From an uncultured archaeon (GTDB taxonomy: Archaea; Asgardarchaeota; Lokiarchaeia; Sigyniarchaeales; SOKP01): a DNA stretch of 13,377 nucleotides. A model generated the notes under the pieces. That model was not told the origin of the DNA. It did no database searches and saw only the letters and a list, made by a program, of their open reading frames with translations. Below, one piece after another: positions 1 to 8,444 of this stretch. The stretch lies in NCBI GenBank assembly GCA_964508365.1, contig CAZDTP010000082.1:1-13377 (forward strand). The letters run 5' to 3'. The number at the start of each line of letters is the position of its first letter. Position 1 is the first letter of the stretch. Both the position numbers and the translations under genes were made by a program.

Positions 1-2
1 TC

Positions 3-269
3 TTAGGACTAGTATGTGATCCAGTTGCGGGATTGGTAATATCACCTTGTATTAAGAGAAACGCGATCGGAGTTGTAAATGCATTTTTAGCCGCTGAAAT
101 GGCTCTCTCTGGTGTCACTTCCGTCATACCCGCTGATGAGGTAATACATGCAATGATGAAGGTAGGGATGAAATTACCATATGAATTGAAAGAAACGGGA
201 AAGGGTGGAATAGCAGCAACTAAGACCGGTAAGCAGATAAAGAAGCGTATCTTCTCAGATATTGAATGA
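3..269 (+). CDS. sdaAA: L-serine dehydratase, Fe-S-dependent, alpha subunit (5'-truncated by window edge)
   Basis: The frame is open from base 3 (LGLVCDPVAGLVISPCIKRNA), matching the SdaA-alpha motif LGLxCDPVxGLVxxPCxKRNA. It continues with IPADEVIHAM and LKETGKGGIAAT and ends at TGA 267-269. The track's start at 33 is internal. Confidence 0.9.
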   Translation, partial: LGLVCDPVAGLVISPCIKRNAIGVVNAFLAAEMALSGVTSVIPADEVIHAMMKVGMKLPYELKETGKGGIAATKTGKQIKKRIFSDIE

Positions 270-386
270 ATATATTAGATGTATATTTTTAAATAACCAT
301 ATATGAAAAGTTACAAGATTTTTTATCTAACTTATTTCTTTTTTTAAAATTAAGGTTAAAATATAGAATTGTAGAAATAGGAATCG

Positions 387-1844
387 CTATTTCTTATCTA
401 AATATTTATCCTGTAAATATTTGTCTATTGCATGTGCAGCTTTTTTTGCTGCTCCCATCGCTGTGATGACAGTAGCAGATCCTGTTACAATATCACCACC
501 AGCAAAAATTCCCTCAATATTTGTCTGACCATTTTCTTCTGTTTCGATGTAACCCCATTTATTCAATTTCAATTCGGGAATTGACTTTGTTAAGATAGGA
601 TTAGCTTTTGTTCCGATCCCGATGATAACTGTGTCGGTGTCTATTAGGTATTCAGAATCCTTAATTCTAATTGGTCTTCTCCTACCGGATTCATCAAGTT
701 CACCTAATTTCATTTTAATAACTTCCATTTGGCTTACATTATCGTTATCATCACCAATAAATCGAACTGGGTTAGTTAAAAATTGGAATTCTATACCTTC
801 TTCTAATGCGTGATGATATTCTTCCTTTCTTGCCGGCATTTCTGCTTCTGATCTTCGATAAACAACAATAACTTTTTCAGCTCCTAATCGTAAGGCGGTT
901 CTAGCAGAATCTAAAGCGACATTTCCCCCTCCTATAACAGTTATAATTTTTCCAATATTGATTGGAGTATCGTAATCAGGAAACTTAAAAGCCTTCATTA
1001 AATTTGATCGAGTGAGGAATTCGTTAGCAGTTAAGACGCCATTTAAGTTTAATCCTGGTACATTTATAAATATTGGAAGTCCTGCTCCAACTCCAATAAA
1101 AAAGGCTTTAAATCCCATTTCTTTCAAATCTTCTAATGTTAAAGTTTTACCAATAATTACGTTATATTCGAATTTAACCTTTAGCATCTCTAAAGTCTCA
1201 ATTTCACTTTTAATTATTTCTTTAGGTAATCTAAATTGGGGTATTCCATAACTCAGGACTCCACCACCGATGTGGAACGCTTCAAAAACAGTAACATCAT
1301 AACCGCTCATTGCTAGTTCTCCAGCACAAGTTAGTCCTGCCGGTCCTGCTCCTATAACTGCTACTTTAATCCCCTTTGGAACTGCGCATTCGGGAAACTC
1401 TTTAAGATTATTTTTTCTTTCCCAATCCGCGATAAACCTTTCTAGTTGACCAATAGCGATTGGTTCTCCAAGTTTATTCAAAACGCACGCTTGTTCACAT
1501 TGAGTTTCTTGAGGACACACTCTCCCGCAAATTGCAGGTAATAAATTATCCGTTTTTATCTTGTAGAGGGCTTTTATGTATTTTTTTTCTTTTAATAGTT
1601 TAATGAATTGAGGTATTTTGATGTTAACAGGGCACCCAGCAACGCAAAGAGGATTTTCACACTGTAAACAACGCTGAGTTTCTAATTCAACCATTTCTTC
1701 TGTTAATCCTAACGACACTTCTTCAAAATTTTTGATCCTTACACTTGGATCTTGTTCTATCATTTTAGGTCGTTTTTTAATCTTCCTTTTTTTTTCCCCC
1801 TTCTTATTATTTAATACGTCTATTGATGATCTCTGATTTTCCAC
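387..1844 (-). CDS. nfnB: NADH-dependent reduced ferredoxin:NADP+ oxidoreductase large subunit (NfnB/SudA/GltD-like)
   Basis: FEEVSLG..RCLQC, CVAGCP and CGRVCPQETQCEQAC (two [4Fe-4S]); FAD motif GAGPAG; second Rossmann GGGNVALD..VYRRS (NADPH-type); GGD..G..TVI.AM. GTG start with GAGGTGG 6 nt upstream. Adjacent to nfnA. Confidence 0.9.
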   Translation of the reverse strand: MENQRSSIDVLNNKKGEKKRKIKKRPKMIEQDPSVRIKNFEEVSLGLTEEMVELETQRCLQCENPLCVAGCPVNIKIPQFIKLLKEKKYIKALYKIKTDNLLPAICGRVCPQETQCEQACVLNKLGEPIAIGQLERFIADWERKNNLKEFPECAVPKGIKVAVIGAGPAGLTCAGELAMSGYDVTVFEAFHIGGGVLSYGIPQFRLPKEIIKSEIETLEMLKVKFEYNVIIGKTLTLEDLKEMGFKAFFIGVGAGLPIFINVPGLNLNGVLTANEFLTRSNLMKAFKFPDYDTPINIGKIITVIGGGNVALDSARTALRLGAEKVIVVYRRSEAEMPARKEEYHHALEEGIEFQFLTNPVRFIGDDNDNVSQMEVIKMKLGELDESGRRRPIRIKDSEYLIDTDTVIIGIGTKANPILTKSIPELKLNKWGYIETEENGQTNIEGIFAGGDIVTGSATVITAMGAAKKAAHAIDKYLQDKYLDKK

Positions 1845-1845
1845 T

Positions 1846-2730
1846 CTAATCCACCTCTTTGTTATATTTTTCTAACGCCCTACACTTTTCGTCGTACCAT
1901 TCTAATGAATGTTTTTCTTGTTCAAGAAACCTATTGGCGCGTTTTAAAAGATTATCAAAATCTACAATGTGTCCATCAACATCGGGACCATCGACACACG
2001 CAAACTGGACACCCCCATCAAGAGTAGAAAACCTACAACTTCCACACATCCCCGTTCCATCAATCATTATCGTGTTCAAAGAGACAAAGGTTTTTACTTT
2101 GGGTAAACCCCCTGATCCATTAGTTGTAAGGACAACATACTTCATCATTATCAAGGGTCCAATTGTGATAACTAAGCTTATTTTTTTTTTCTTAATAATC
2201 TCTTTTAATGGATCAGTTACTACACCCTTTATCCCTTCGCTACCGTCATTTGTAGTAATTATTAATTCATCGCTCACAGAATCCATCTTATCTCTCCAAA
2301 TTAATAATCCTTTACTTCTAGCACCCAATATCGTGATAATCTTATTACCTGCTTCTTTTAGTTCTTTTGCTTGAGGGTAACAAGCTGCTATCCCAACTCC
2401 TCCGCCAATTATTGCTATTGGATGTTCGTATTTCTCAATGTGAATTCTATTCCCTAAAGGTCCTACGACATCTAGAATCTTATCACCGACTCTTTGATTA
2501 CAAAGTAATTTAGTGCTTTTACCCACTACTTGAATTACAAGCGTTATCGTTCCATTTTCCCGATCGTAATCGGCAACTGTTAGCGGAATTCTTTCTCCCG
2601 TTTCATTAACTCTAATAAGAACAAAATTTCCTGCATAGGATTTTTTAGCTATTAGTGGCGTTTTTAATACCATTTCAAAAATTGTTCTACTATTTCCAAG
2701 TTCAATTTTCTCAAGAATTTCATAAGGCAA
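1846..2730 (-). CDS. nfnA: Nfn small subunit (NfnA/SudB, PyrK-like FAD/NAD-binding, [2Fe-2S])
   Basis: ERIPLTVAD, VVGKST, DVVGPLG, GGGVGIA, TIGPLIMM, and the [2Fe-2S] motif DGTGMCGSCR...ACVDGP. TTG start is uncertain (see findings). Confidence 0.9.
   Translation of the reverse strand: MPYEILEKIELGNSRTIFEMVLKTPLIAKKSYAGNFVLIRVNETGERIPLTVADYDRENGTITLVIQVVGKSTKLLCNQRVGDKILDVVGPLGNRIHIEKYEHPIAIIGGGVGIAACYPQAKELKEAGNKIITILGARSKGLLIWRDKMDSVSDELIITTNDGSEGIKGVVTDPLKEIIKKKKISLVITIGPLIMMKYVVLTTNGSGGLPKVKTFVSLNTIMIDGTGMCGSCRFSTLDGGVQFACVDGPDVDGHIVDFDNLLKRANRFLEQEKHSLEWYDEKCRALEKYNKEVD
1851..1857 (-). promoter_or_regulatory. Shine-Dalgarno-like GAGGTGG for nfnB, inside the 3' end of nfnA
   Basis: Lies 6 nt upstream of GTG 1844. 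The nfnA stop TAG (1846-1848) is 1 nt from the nfnB start, suggesting translational coupling. Confidence 0.6.
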
Positions 2731-2844
2731 ATTTCATCTATACTCCTATTTATTAAAATAATTATAACCAATTTCTAAGTGATGTAAAGTATAAAAATTA
2801 TTTAATGTTGTTATAATAGAGGGAAATAGAATCGGTTTTAAAAT

Positions 2845-5607
2845 TTACTGCATAAAGAGCATTCTACCAATAAAAGTTAGTAAGTCAATTACTTGAATTT
2901 TATTTTTTAGCTCTTTATTCTCGTTTAGATAACAATTTAAATGCGTTAAGCATTTTGGACAAGTTGTAATTAAGTAATTTGCACCAGTTTCGATTGCTTG
3001 CTTTATTCTCGATTCTTGCAATTTCTTTGAGTTTTGATTACATGAAATATAGGCAGATACTCCGCAACAATCAGCGTCAACCTTATTATGCTCCATTTCA
3101 AGTAGCTTTATGCCCTGAATTTGTTTTAGAACTTCACGAGGTGCGTCATAAACATCACTCATTCGACCAAGTCTACATGGATCGTGGTAAGTCACTTTAA
3201 TTTCTCCCAAATTTGGAAAGGATATATCTTCTAATAGATTCTCATTCATAATATACTCTGAAATGTGATATAGTTCGAAGTCAAACTCATCGCTTTTCTC
3301 AAAGAGATTTCGGTAATCATTATTCCAGGTGTAATAACCTTCAGGACAGCTAAAAACGATAGTTTTCACTCCAGCATCTTTAAACAACTTAACATTATAT
3401 CTTGCTAACTTCTCAAAAGATTCTGTATCGCCCTCCCAGATGATATCGTGTCCGCAACACTTTTCCTCTGGTAAAACAACAGGTATAATTTCGTTGTGAT
3501 TCAATATACCAATTACACTCTTAGGAATAGTAAGATAATCTGTAGCGTTGTATGAACGCATGTTATCTTGGTTTCCATAATTACAAACCATAATTCCAGT
3601 AGAATCAAGAGCGGCAGTATAATCCTCGGGGATCTGATCAGTATTACTGCAACAATTACAATTTAAACACCTATTTGCTTCCTTTTTCGCTTGTTCTTCC
3701 GTGTAACCTAATTCCATCTCTTCAAAACAAACTAAACGTTCTTCACCCGGCATAAAGTTCATTTCTTGACAGGCGTTTACTTGGATATTTTTTTTAGGAA
3801 TAGTAGATCTCTTAAGATCTTTTGTTCTAATCCTTCCTTCTTTTAAATCAATTCCACGTAAGTAGCGATCGATTGAATATGCGGCTTCTCTTCCGTCTCC
3901 AATTGCGTCAACAGCGCACATTAGCGAATCGAATATTATATCTCCCCCAGCAAATACTCCTGGAATGGTAGTTTCATAAGTTAACTCGTCAACTACTATT
4001 TTTCCCCTATCAATTTTTAATTTATTTTCAGTTGCGGCATTAATAGGAACCATATCAAGTCCTTGCCCGATAGCAATTACTACATAGTCCACAACAATCT
4101 TATAATCAGAACCTTCCACTTTATTTAGAGGTCTTCGTCCAGTTTCAGGATCAGGTTCTCCCCACTCAATCTTATAGCAATTTAGCGCTAACTTTCCATT
4201 AGGTTCTTGAGTAATATTCTTAGTCGAAGTAGTAAAATTATATTCCATAACTTCTCTCTCAGCCTCATGTAAGTCTTTAAGCACATTTTTAAGTGCTTCC
4301 TCAGTTAATATATCTACAAAATCGACTTTCGTAGCGCCCAATCTAACAGCAGTTTCGCCAACATCTACGGCAACTGCTCCTCCGCCGATAATTCCAAAAG
4401 TTTTACCTTTAAATTCTTCAGGATCTTCCGCACAATTATACTTTCTATCTAAGAGAAAATCTATAGCAACATGAACATTTGGTAAATCTTCGCCTTCTAA
4501 TCTCAAAGTTTTTGGTACATACAGACCTACCGCAATAAAGACAGCTTCAAAACTATCCTTTTTAAGATCTTCAAGAGTAAAATTCGGACCAAACTCTTTG
4601 TTCAGTACGATTTCAACTCCCATATGTTTTATGAAATCTACATCGTGATCCAACGCTTCGTCAGAGAGTCGATATTGCGGAACACCATATCTTACGACGC
4701 CACCGGTTTTATCCCCTTTCTCGAAAATTGTTGGTTTATATCCCATTCTCGCGAGGTAATAAGCAGCAGATAATCCTCCCGGTCCGGCTCCGATTATTGC
4801 TACTTTTTCCTTGGTTTGTTTAACTGGTTTTATTTTACTATTTTTTGGGTGAGCTGCTTCATAATCCGAAACAAACCTTTTGAGTTCTCTGATAGCTATA
4901 GGATCATCGTGATGTTGACGATTGCAATTCAAGGCGCACTGAGCTGTGCAAATTCTCCCACATAAATAAGGTAAAGGGTTCATTTCTCTTATCAAATCGA
5001 TAGACTCTTGAAACTTGCCTTCAGATATTAATGAAATATATCCTTGAACGTCCACTCCTGCAGGGCAACCAACGACACATGGCGCAGTTCCCGTTAAAAA
5101 TGGAGTGCAACCCATAAAATAAGCAATTTCTCCCTGGTTTTTTATTTTTAAACCTGTTCCTTCTAAGAATCCAAGCTTATTAGTGAATTTTATCTTATCG
5201 TCTGCCATTAATTTTGGTATACTGGAATAAACTCTGTCGTGATTACAACTACGCAAAGTCTCTTGTAATGGTTCGTATTCTGAAGTTAATGTTCGAAGTT
5301 CCTTAATAATTTCTGTAAAGTTGACCCCGGTTTTATCTTTAGTCATTGGACAATATTCTGTGCACAATCCACAAGTTAGACAATCCCAAATATTATTATT
5401 CTTTAGTGCTTCTTCAGGTGATAAAAAGGTTAAATCTGTGATTAAATTTCTCGGATAAAATAGATCTAAGTAAGATACTGGACATACATTTACGCAACGA
5501 TTGCAATTATAACAATAGTTTGCGTTAGCAATGACGTTTTTTATGATATCGCTTGAGAGTATCTTATCAGCTTTCTTATTTTGTGATGTATCCGTAGTTT
5601 CAGTCAT
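2845..5607 (-). CDS. HdrD-like protein (2x[4Fe-4S] + two CCG domains) with a GltD/NfnB-like FAD/NAD(P) module inserted in the first CCG domain
   Basis: aa 32-87: CYNCNRCVNVCP and CLTCGLCTEYCP. aa 163-167: YFMGC. aa ~175-650: APCVVGCPAG, CGRICTAQC, GAGPGG, GGGAVAVD, FAGGD, EANRCLNC. aa 717-757: CCGHD..SCPEG. aa 807-886: YHDPCRLGR..CCG..TCPKC. Confidence 0.85.
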   Translation of the reverse strand: MTETTDTSQNKKADKILSSDIIKNVIANANYCYNCNRCVNVCPVSYLDLFYPRNLITDLTFLSPEEALKNNNIWDCLTCGLCTEYCPMTKDKTGVNFTEIIKELRTLTSEYEPLQETLRSCNHDRVYSSIPKLMADDKIKFTNKLGFLEGTGLKIKNQGEIAYFMGCTPFLTGTAPCVVGCPAGVDVQGYISLISEGKFQESIDLIREMNPLPYLCGRICTAQCALNCNRQHHDDPIAIRELKRFVSDYEAAHPKNSKIKPVKQTKEKVAIIGAGPGGLSAAYYLARMGYKPTIFEKGDKTGGVVRYGVPQYRLSDEALDHDVDFIKHMGVEIVLNKEFGPNFTLEDLKKDSFEAVFIAVGLYVPKTLRLEGEDLPNVHVAIDFLLDRKYNCAEDPEEFKGKTFGIIGGGAVAVDVGETAVRLGATKVDFVDILTEEALKNVLKDLHEAEREVMEYNFTTSTKNITQEPNGKLALNCYKIEWGEPDPETGRRPLNKVEGSDYKIVVDYVVIAIGQGLDMVPINAATENKLKIDRGKIVVDELTYETTIPGVFAGGDIIFDSLMCAVDAIGDGREAAYSIDRYLRGIDLKEGRIRTKDLKRSTIPKKNIQVNACQEMNFMPGEERLVCFEEMELGYTEEQAKKEANRCLNCNCCSNTDQIPEDYTAALDSTGIMVCNYGNQDNMRSYNATDYLTIPKSVIGILNHNEIIPVVLPEEKCCGHDIIWEGDTESFEKLARYNVKLFKDAGVKTIVFSCPEGYYTWNNDYRNLFEKSDEFDFELYHISEYIMNENLLEDISFPNLGEIKVTYHDPCRLGRMSDVYDAPREVLKQIQGIKLLEMEHNKVDADCCGVSAYISCNQNSKKLQESRIKQAIETGANYLITTCPKCLTHLNCYLNENKELKNKIQVIDLLTFIGRMLFMQ

Positions 5608-5887
5608 AATAACAACACTAAAGTCTTTATTCTGTTGTTAAATATAATTTAAACCACTTTAAATATGCTATTATTATTGTTAAAAAGCATTTGATTAGAT
5701 AATAAGGTAAGCTGATATAAAATCAATAAATCAGAATGTTTACAGAAACCATTTCGGAACTTTAATTTGGGTGGATTTTATGAAGAGAAGAATTTAAATT
5801 TTAATTGTGGGTTTAATTTTATGTAAATTAAAAAATTTATAATTAATTATTAACTCTCTAAACTAAAAAAATCAAAAATAAAAATTA
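5608..5887. promoter_or_regulatory. AT-rich divergent intergenic region, likely holding promoters for both flanking operons
   Basis: 280-bp non-coding gap between divergently oriented genes, with several TTTAAA/TTTATA hexamers. No single promoter can be assigned. Confidence 0.45.
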
Positions 5888-7819
5888 GTGAAAAACATGA
5901 GTAAAGCTAAAGAAATCACTTTACCCGATAATGTCAAAGGATACTCCCAAGTGAGACTCGATGTCGATTTAACAAGTGGGAAAATAGCGAAATCTACTTT
6001 ATCTGGAGAATTTTGCCGCGATTGGATTGGTGGTTATGGATTTGGTGCAAAAATTCTCTGGGACGAATTAAAACCGGGCGTAGATCCATTAAGTCCAGAA
6101 AATGTATTTGTATGGGCGATAGGTCCCTTTCCAACCACTATTTTACCTACTAGTTCAAAGTACGGCGTATTTGCTAAATCCCCGTTAACAGGTATGTTTG
6201 GTATGGCCATTTCCTCAGGTTCAGTTGGAGCACAAGCGCGACGCGCTGGAATCAATGCAATCGTGATCAAGGGAAAAGCTTCTGAACCCGTTTACATGGT
6301 TGTAGACGACGATGATTATTACATAGAACCGTGTGAAAAAACTCTTTGGGGTAAAGGGAATTTTGAAACAGAAGAATTACTTCGAGAAGAATTTCAAGAT
6401 CAGAGATTAGCCGTAATGTCAATCGGACAGGCAGGAGAGAGATTAAGTAAACTAGCGTGTATTACGAACGATAGAAATAGACAGGCAGGTCGCACAGGAA
6501 TGGGTGCAGTTATGGGAAGCAAAAATCTGAAAGCAATAGCATTTCGGGGCACTAAAGGACTTAAAGTTGCGTATCCCGCTGAATTTTACAAGTTAGCTAA
6601 AAAATTAATTAAAGTAGCTAATGGTCCAGCAACAGCTAAATATCGTGATTTAGGCACTCCTTCTGGAATAACTAGTTACAATAAACTCGGAATGTTCCCT
6701 ACAATGAATTATCGCGAAGGTACATGGGAAGAGATTGACAATGGAGCCTTTACTGGAGATACGCTAAACGAAGATTGGGTTGTTAAAAAAGTTGCTTGCT
6801 CACAATGTTCAATCGCTTGTGATCATCTCGCGAGAGTACCAAAAACCCACCCTGAATATCCTAATTTAGTAGCTTCTATAGACGTTGAAATGTGTTATTC
6901 CTTTGGATCTAACACGGGTTGTAAGGATTGGCCAACTATTTTTAAATGCGTGTCTTTATGCGACGATTTAGGAATTGACGCAATTTCAGGTGGTGTTACA
7001 GCGAGCATGGCTTGTGAGTTGTACGAAGTAGGACTCATAACCAAGAAAGATCTTGGATACGAATTACCTTTTGGATCTACCACTAATCTGGCAAGGTTTA
7101 CAGAAGAAATGATTCTGGGCAAAGGTTTTGTTGGTGAAATCTTCGGAGATGGCTGTAGACAAGCCGGTATTCGACTAGAGGAATTGGGAAGGAAGAACGC
7201 TGGGTATTACGGAATGCACATAAAAGGCTTAGAAATGCCTGCTTTTGATCTCCACGGAATGAATAGTTTTGCTGTTGGTGAAAGTGTATCTATTAGAGGA
7301 GCTTGTCATTTAAGGAATGGTGCTTATGGACTTGATGCTAAAGGCAATTTCGATAGATTTGGATACGACAAACCACTTGAACGCGGTAAAGCAATCATAA
7401 AGCTTGAAGATATTTATGCTATTATTGACTCATATGTAATTTGTAAGTTCACGCGTGGAATTTATGAAAACGATGCAGAGATGGCGAAAGTCTATGAGTT
7501 AGTAACTGGTATTCCACACACTGAAGAATCTATTAATAAAAGAGGCGCTGCTATCTTAAACCTTTCAAAATGTTTCAATATTCGAGAAGGGTGGACCAGA
7601 GCAGACGACCATCCTCCAGAAAAGTTCTTTAAAGATGCACACACAAAGGGTCCTGCTAAAGGTGTCGTTTTAAAAGAAGAAGGATTTCAAAAACTTCTAA
7701 GTGGATATTACGAAGCTCGAGGTTGGGATACGAAAACGGGGATTCCTACGGATGAAACTCTAAAGAGTTTGGGTTTAGATTTTGTAATTGGTAAGTTAAA
7801 ACCAGCAGGAGGTAAATAG
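5888..7819 (+). CDS. aor: Tungsten-containing aldehyde:ferredoxin oxidoreductase (AOR/WOR) family protein
   Basis: KSPLTG, GRTGMGAVMGSKNLKAIA, CSQCSIAC (C304/307/311), CDDLGIDAIS, KGLEMPAFD, RGACH, DSYVICKF, YYEARGWD..TGIPT. The start may be GTG 5888 or in-frame ATG 5897. Confidence 0.9.
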   Translation: MKNMSKAKEITLPDNVKGYSQVRLDVDLTSGKIAKSTLSGEFCRDWIGGYGFGAKILWDELKPGVDPLSPENVFVWAIGPFPTTILPTSSKYGVFAKSPLTGMFGMAISSGSVGAQARRAGINAIVIKGKASEPVYMVVDDDDYYIEPCEKTLWGKGNFETEELLREEFQDQRLAVMSIGQAGERLSKLACITNDRNRQAGRTGMGAVMGSKNLKAIAFRGTKGLKVAYPAEFYKLAKKLIKVANGPATAKYRDLGTPSGITSYNKLGMFPTMNYREGTWEEIDNGAFTGDTLNEDWVVKKVACSQCSIACDHLARVPKTHPEYPNLVASIDVEMCYSFGSNTGCKDWPTIFKCVSLCDDLGIDAISGGVTASMACELYEVGLITKKDLGYELPFGSTTNLARFTEEMILGKGFVGEIFGDGCRQAGIRLEELGRKNAGYYGMHIKGLEMPAFDLHGMNSFAVGESVSIRGACHLRNGAYGLDAKGNFDRFGYDKPLERGKAIIKLEDIYAIIDSYVICKFTRGIYENDAEMAKVYELVTGIPHTEESINKRGAAILNLSKCFNIREGWTRADDHPPEKFFKDAHTKGPAKGVVLKEEGFQKLLSGYYEARGWDTKTGIPTDETLKSLGLDFVIGKLKPAGGK

Positions 7820-7823
7820 GAAA

Positions 7824-8381
7824 ATGTCAAGATCATCCTTGAAGAAACGCGGCGGAAAGATGCATCAATTCATAATTATAGATCCAGATTTATGTACAGG
7901 ATGCGAAACATGCGAATCAGTATGCTCATTTGTCCACGATGGCGAATTTAACCCTATTAACACCCGAATTCATAGAGTCCGAATTGAACCTGTTTTTAAC
8001 ATCGCTCTAGCGTGCCAGAAGTGCGAAGACGCACCATGTATTCGAAGTTGTCCAGAAAAAGCTTTAACAAAAAATGAAGAAACGGGATCTATAATTGTAG
8101 ACGATGATAAATGCAATGGATGTGCCTTTTGTATTAGAGCTTGCGATTTTGGAGTTATAAATTTACACATTGATTCTCAAAAAGCCTTGATATGTGACCT
8201 ATGTGAAGGTATGAAAGAAGATTTCATCGATCCTGAAGTTGGTAAAACAGAACCTCAATGTATTGCTGTTTGCCCAAAAGAAGCCATAAGTTTGAAAAAT
8301 GTCGAACAGATTGGCGAGGAAACCAGAATGGACGCTGTAAAGCGTTTATTTGGTGATGTTTCTGAATTTGGTAGCAAATAA
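7824..8381 (+). CDS. Four-cluster [4Fe-4S] electron-transfer subunit (AorA/CooF/HydN/DmsB-like)
   Basis: CTGCETCESVC, CQKCEDAPCIRSCP, CNGCAFCIRAC, CDLC..PQCIAVCP. Starts 4 nt after the aor stop, with AGGAGGT at 7807-7813. Alternative start ATG 7860. Confidence 0.88.
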   Translation: MSRSSLKKRGGKMHQFIIIDPDLCTGCETCESVCSFVHDGEFNPINTRIHRVRIEPVFNIALACQKCEDAPCIRSCPEKALTKNEETGSIIVDDDKCNGCAFCIRACDFGVINLHIDSQKALICDLCEGMKEDFIDPEVGKTEPQCIAVCPKEAISLKNVEQIGEETRMDAVKRLFGDVSEFGSK

Positions 8382-8385
8382 ATAA

Positions 8386-8412
8386 TTTTTTTTATCTATT
8401 TTTATTTTTTTA
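8386..8412 (+). terminator. T-rich putative archaeal terminator after the aor operon
   Basis: T8 at 8386-8393 plus further T runs just after TAA 8381. Confidence 0.45.
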
Positions 8413-8444
8413 TTCAATTCTTCTTATCAAATTTTAATAATGAC

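Noticed and set aside
622-2374. Plus-strand ORFs 622-813, 1012-1251 and 1859-2374
   Set aside because: Antisense shadows of nfnB and nfnA with no recognisable motifs.
5888-7819. Assignment as BamB (class II benzoyl-CoA reductase)
   Set aside because: It retains AOR-type Glu and RGACH motifs rather than the BamB Cys-ligand region as I recall it.
2979-8170. ORFs 2979-3200, 6034-6270, 6895-7122 and 7970-8170
   Set aside because: Antisense to well-supported genes; no motifs.
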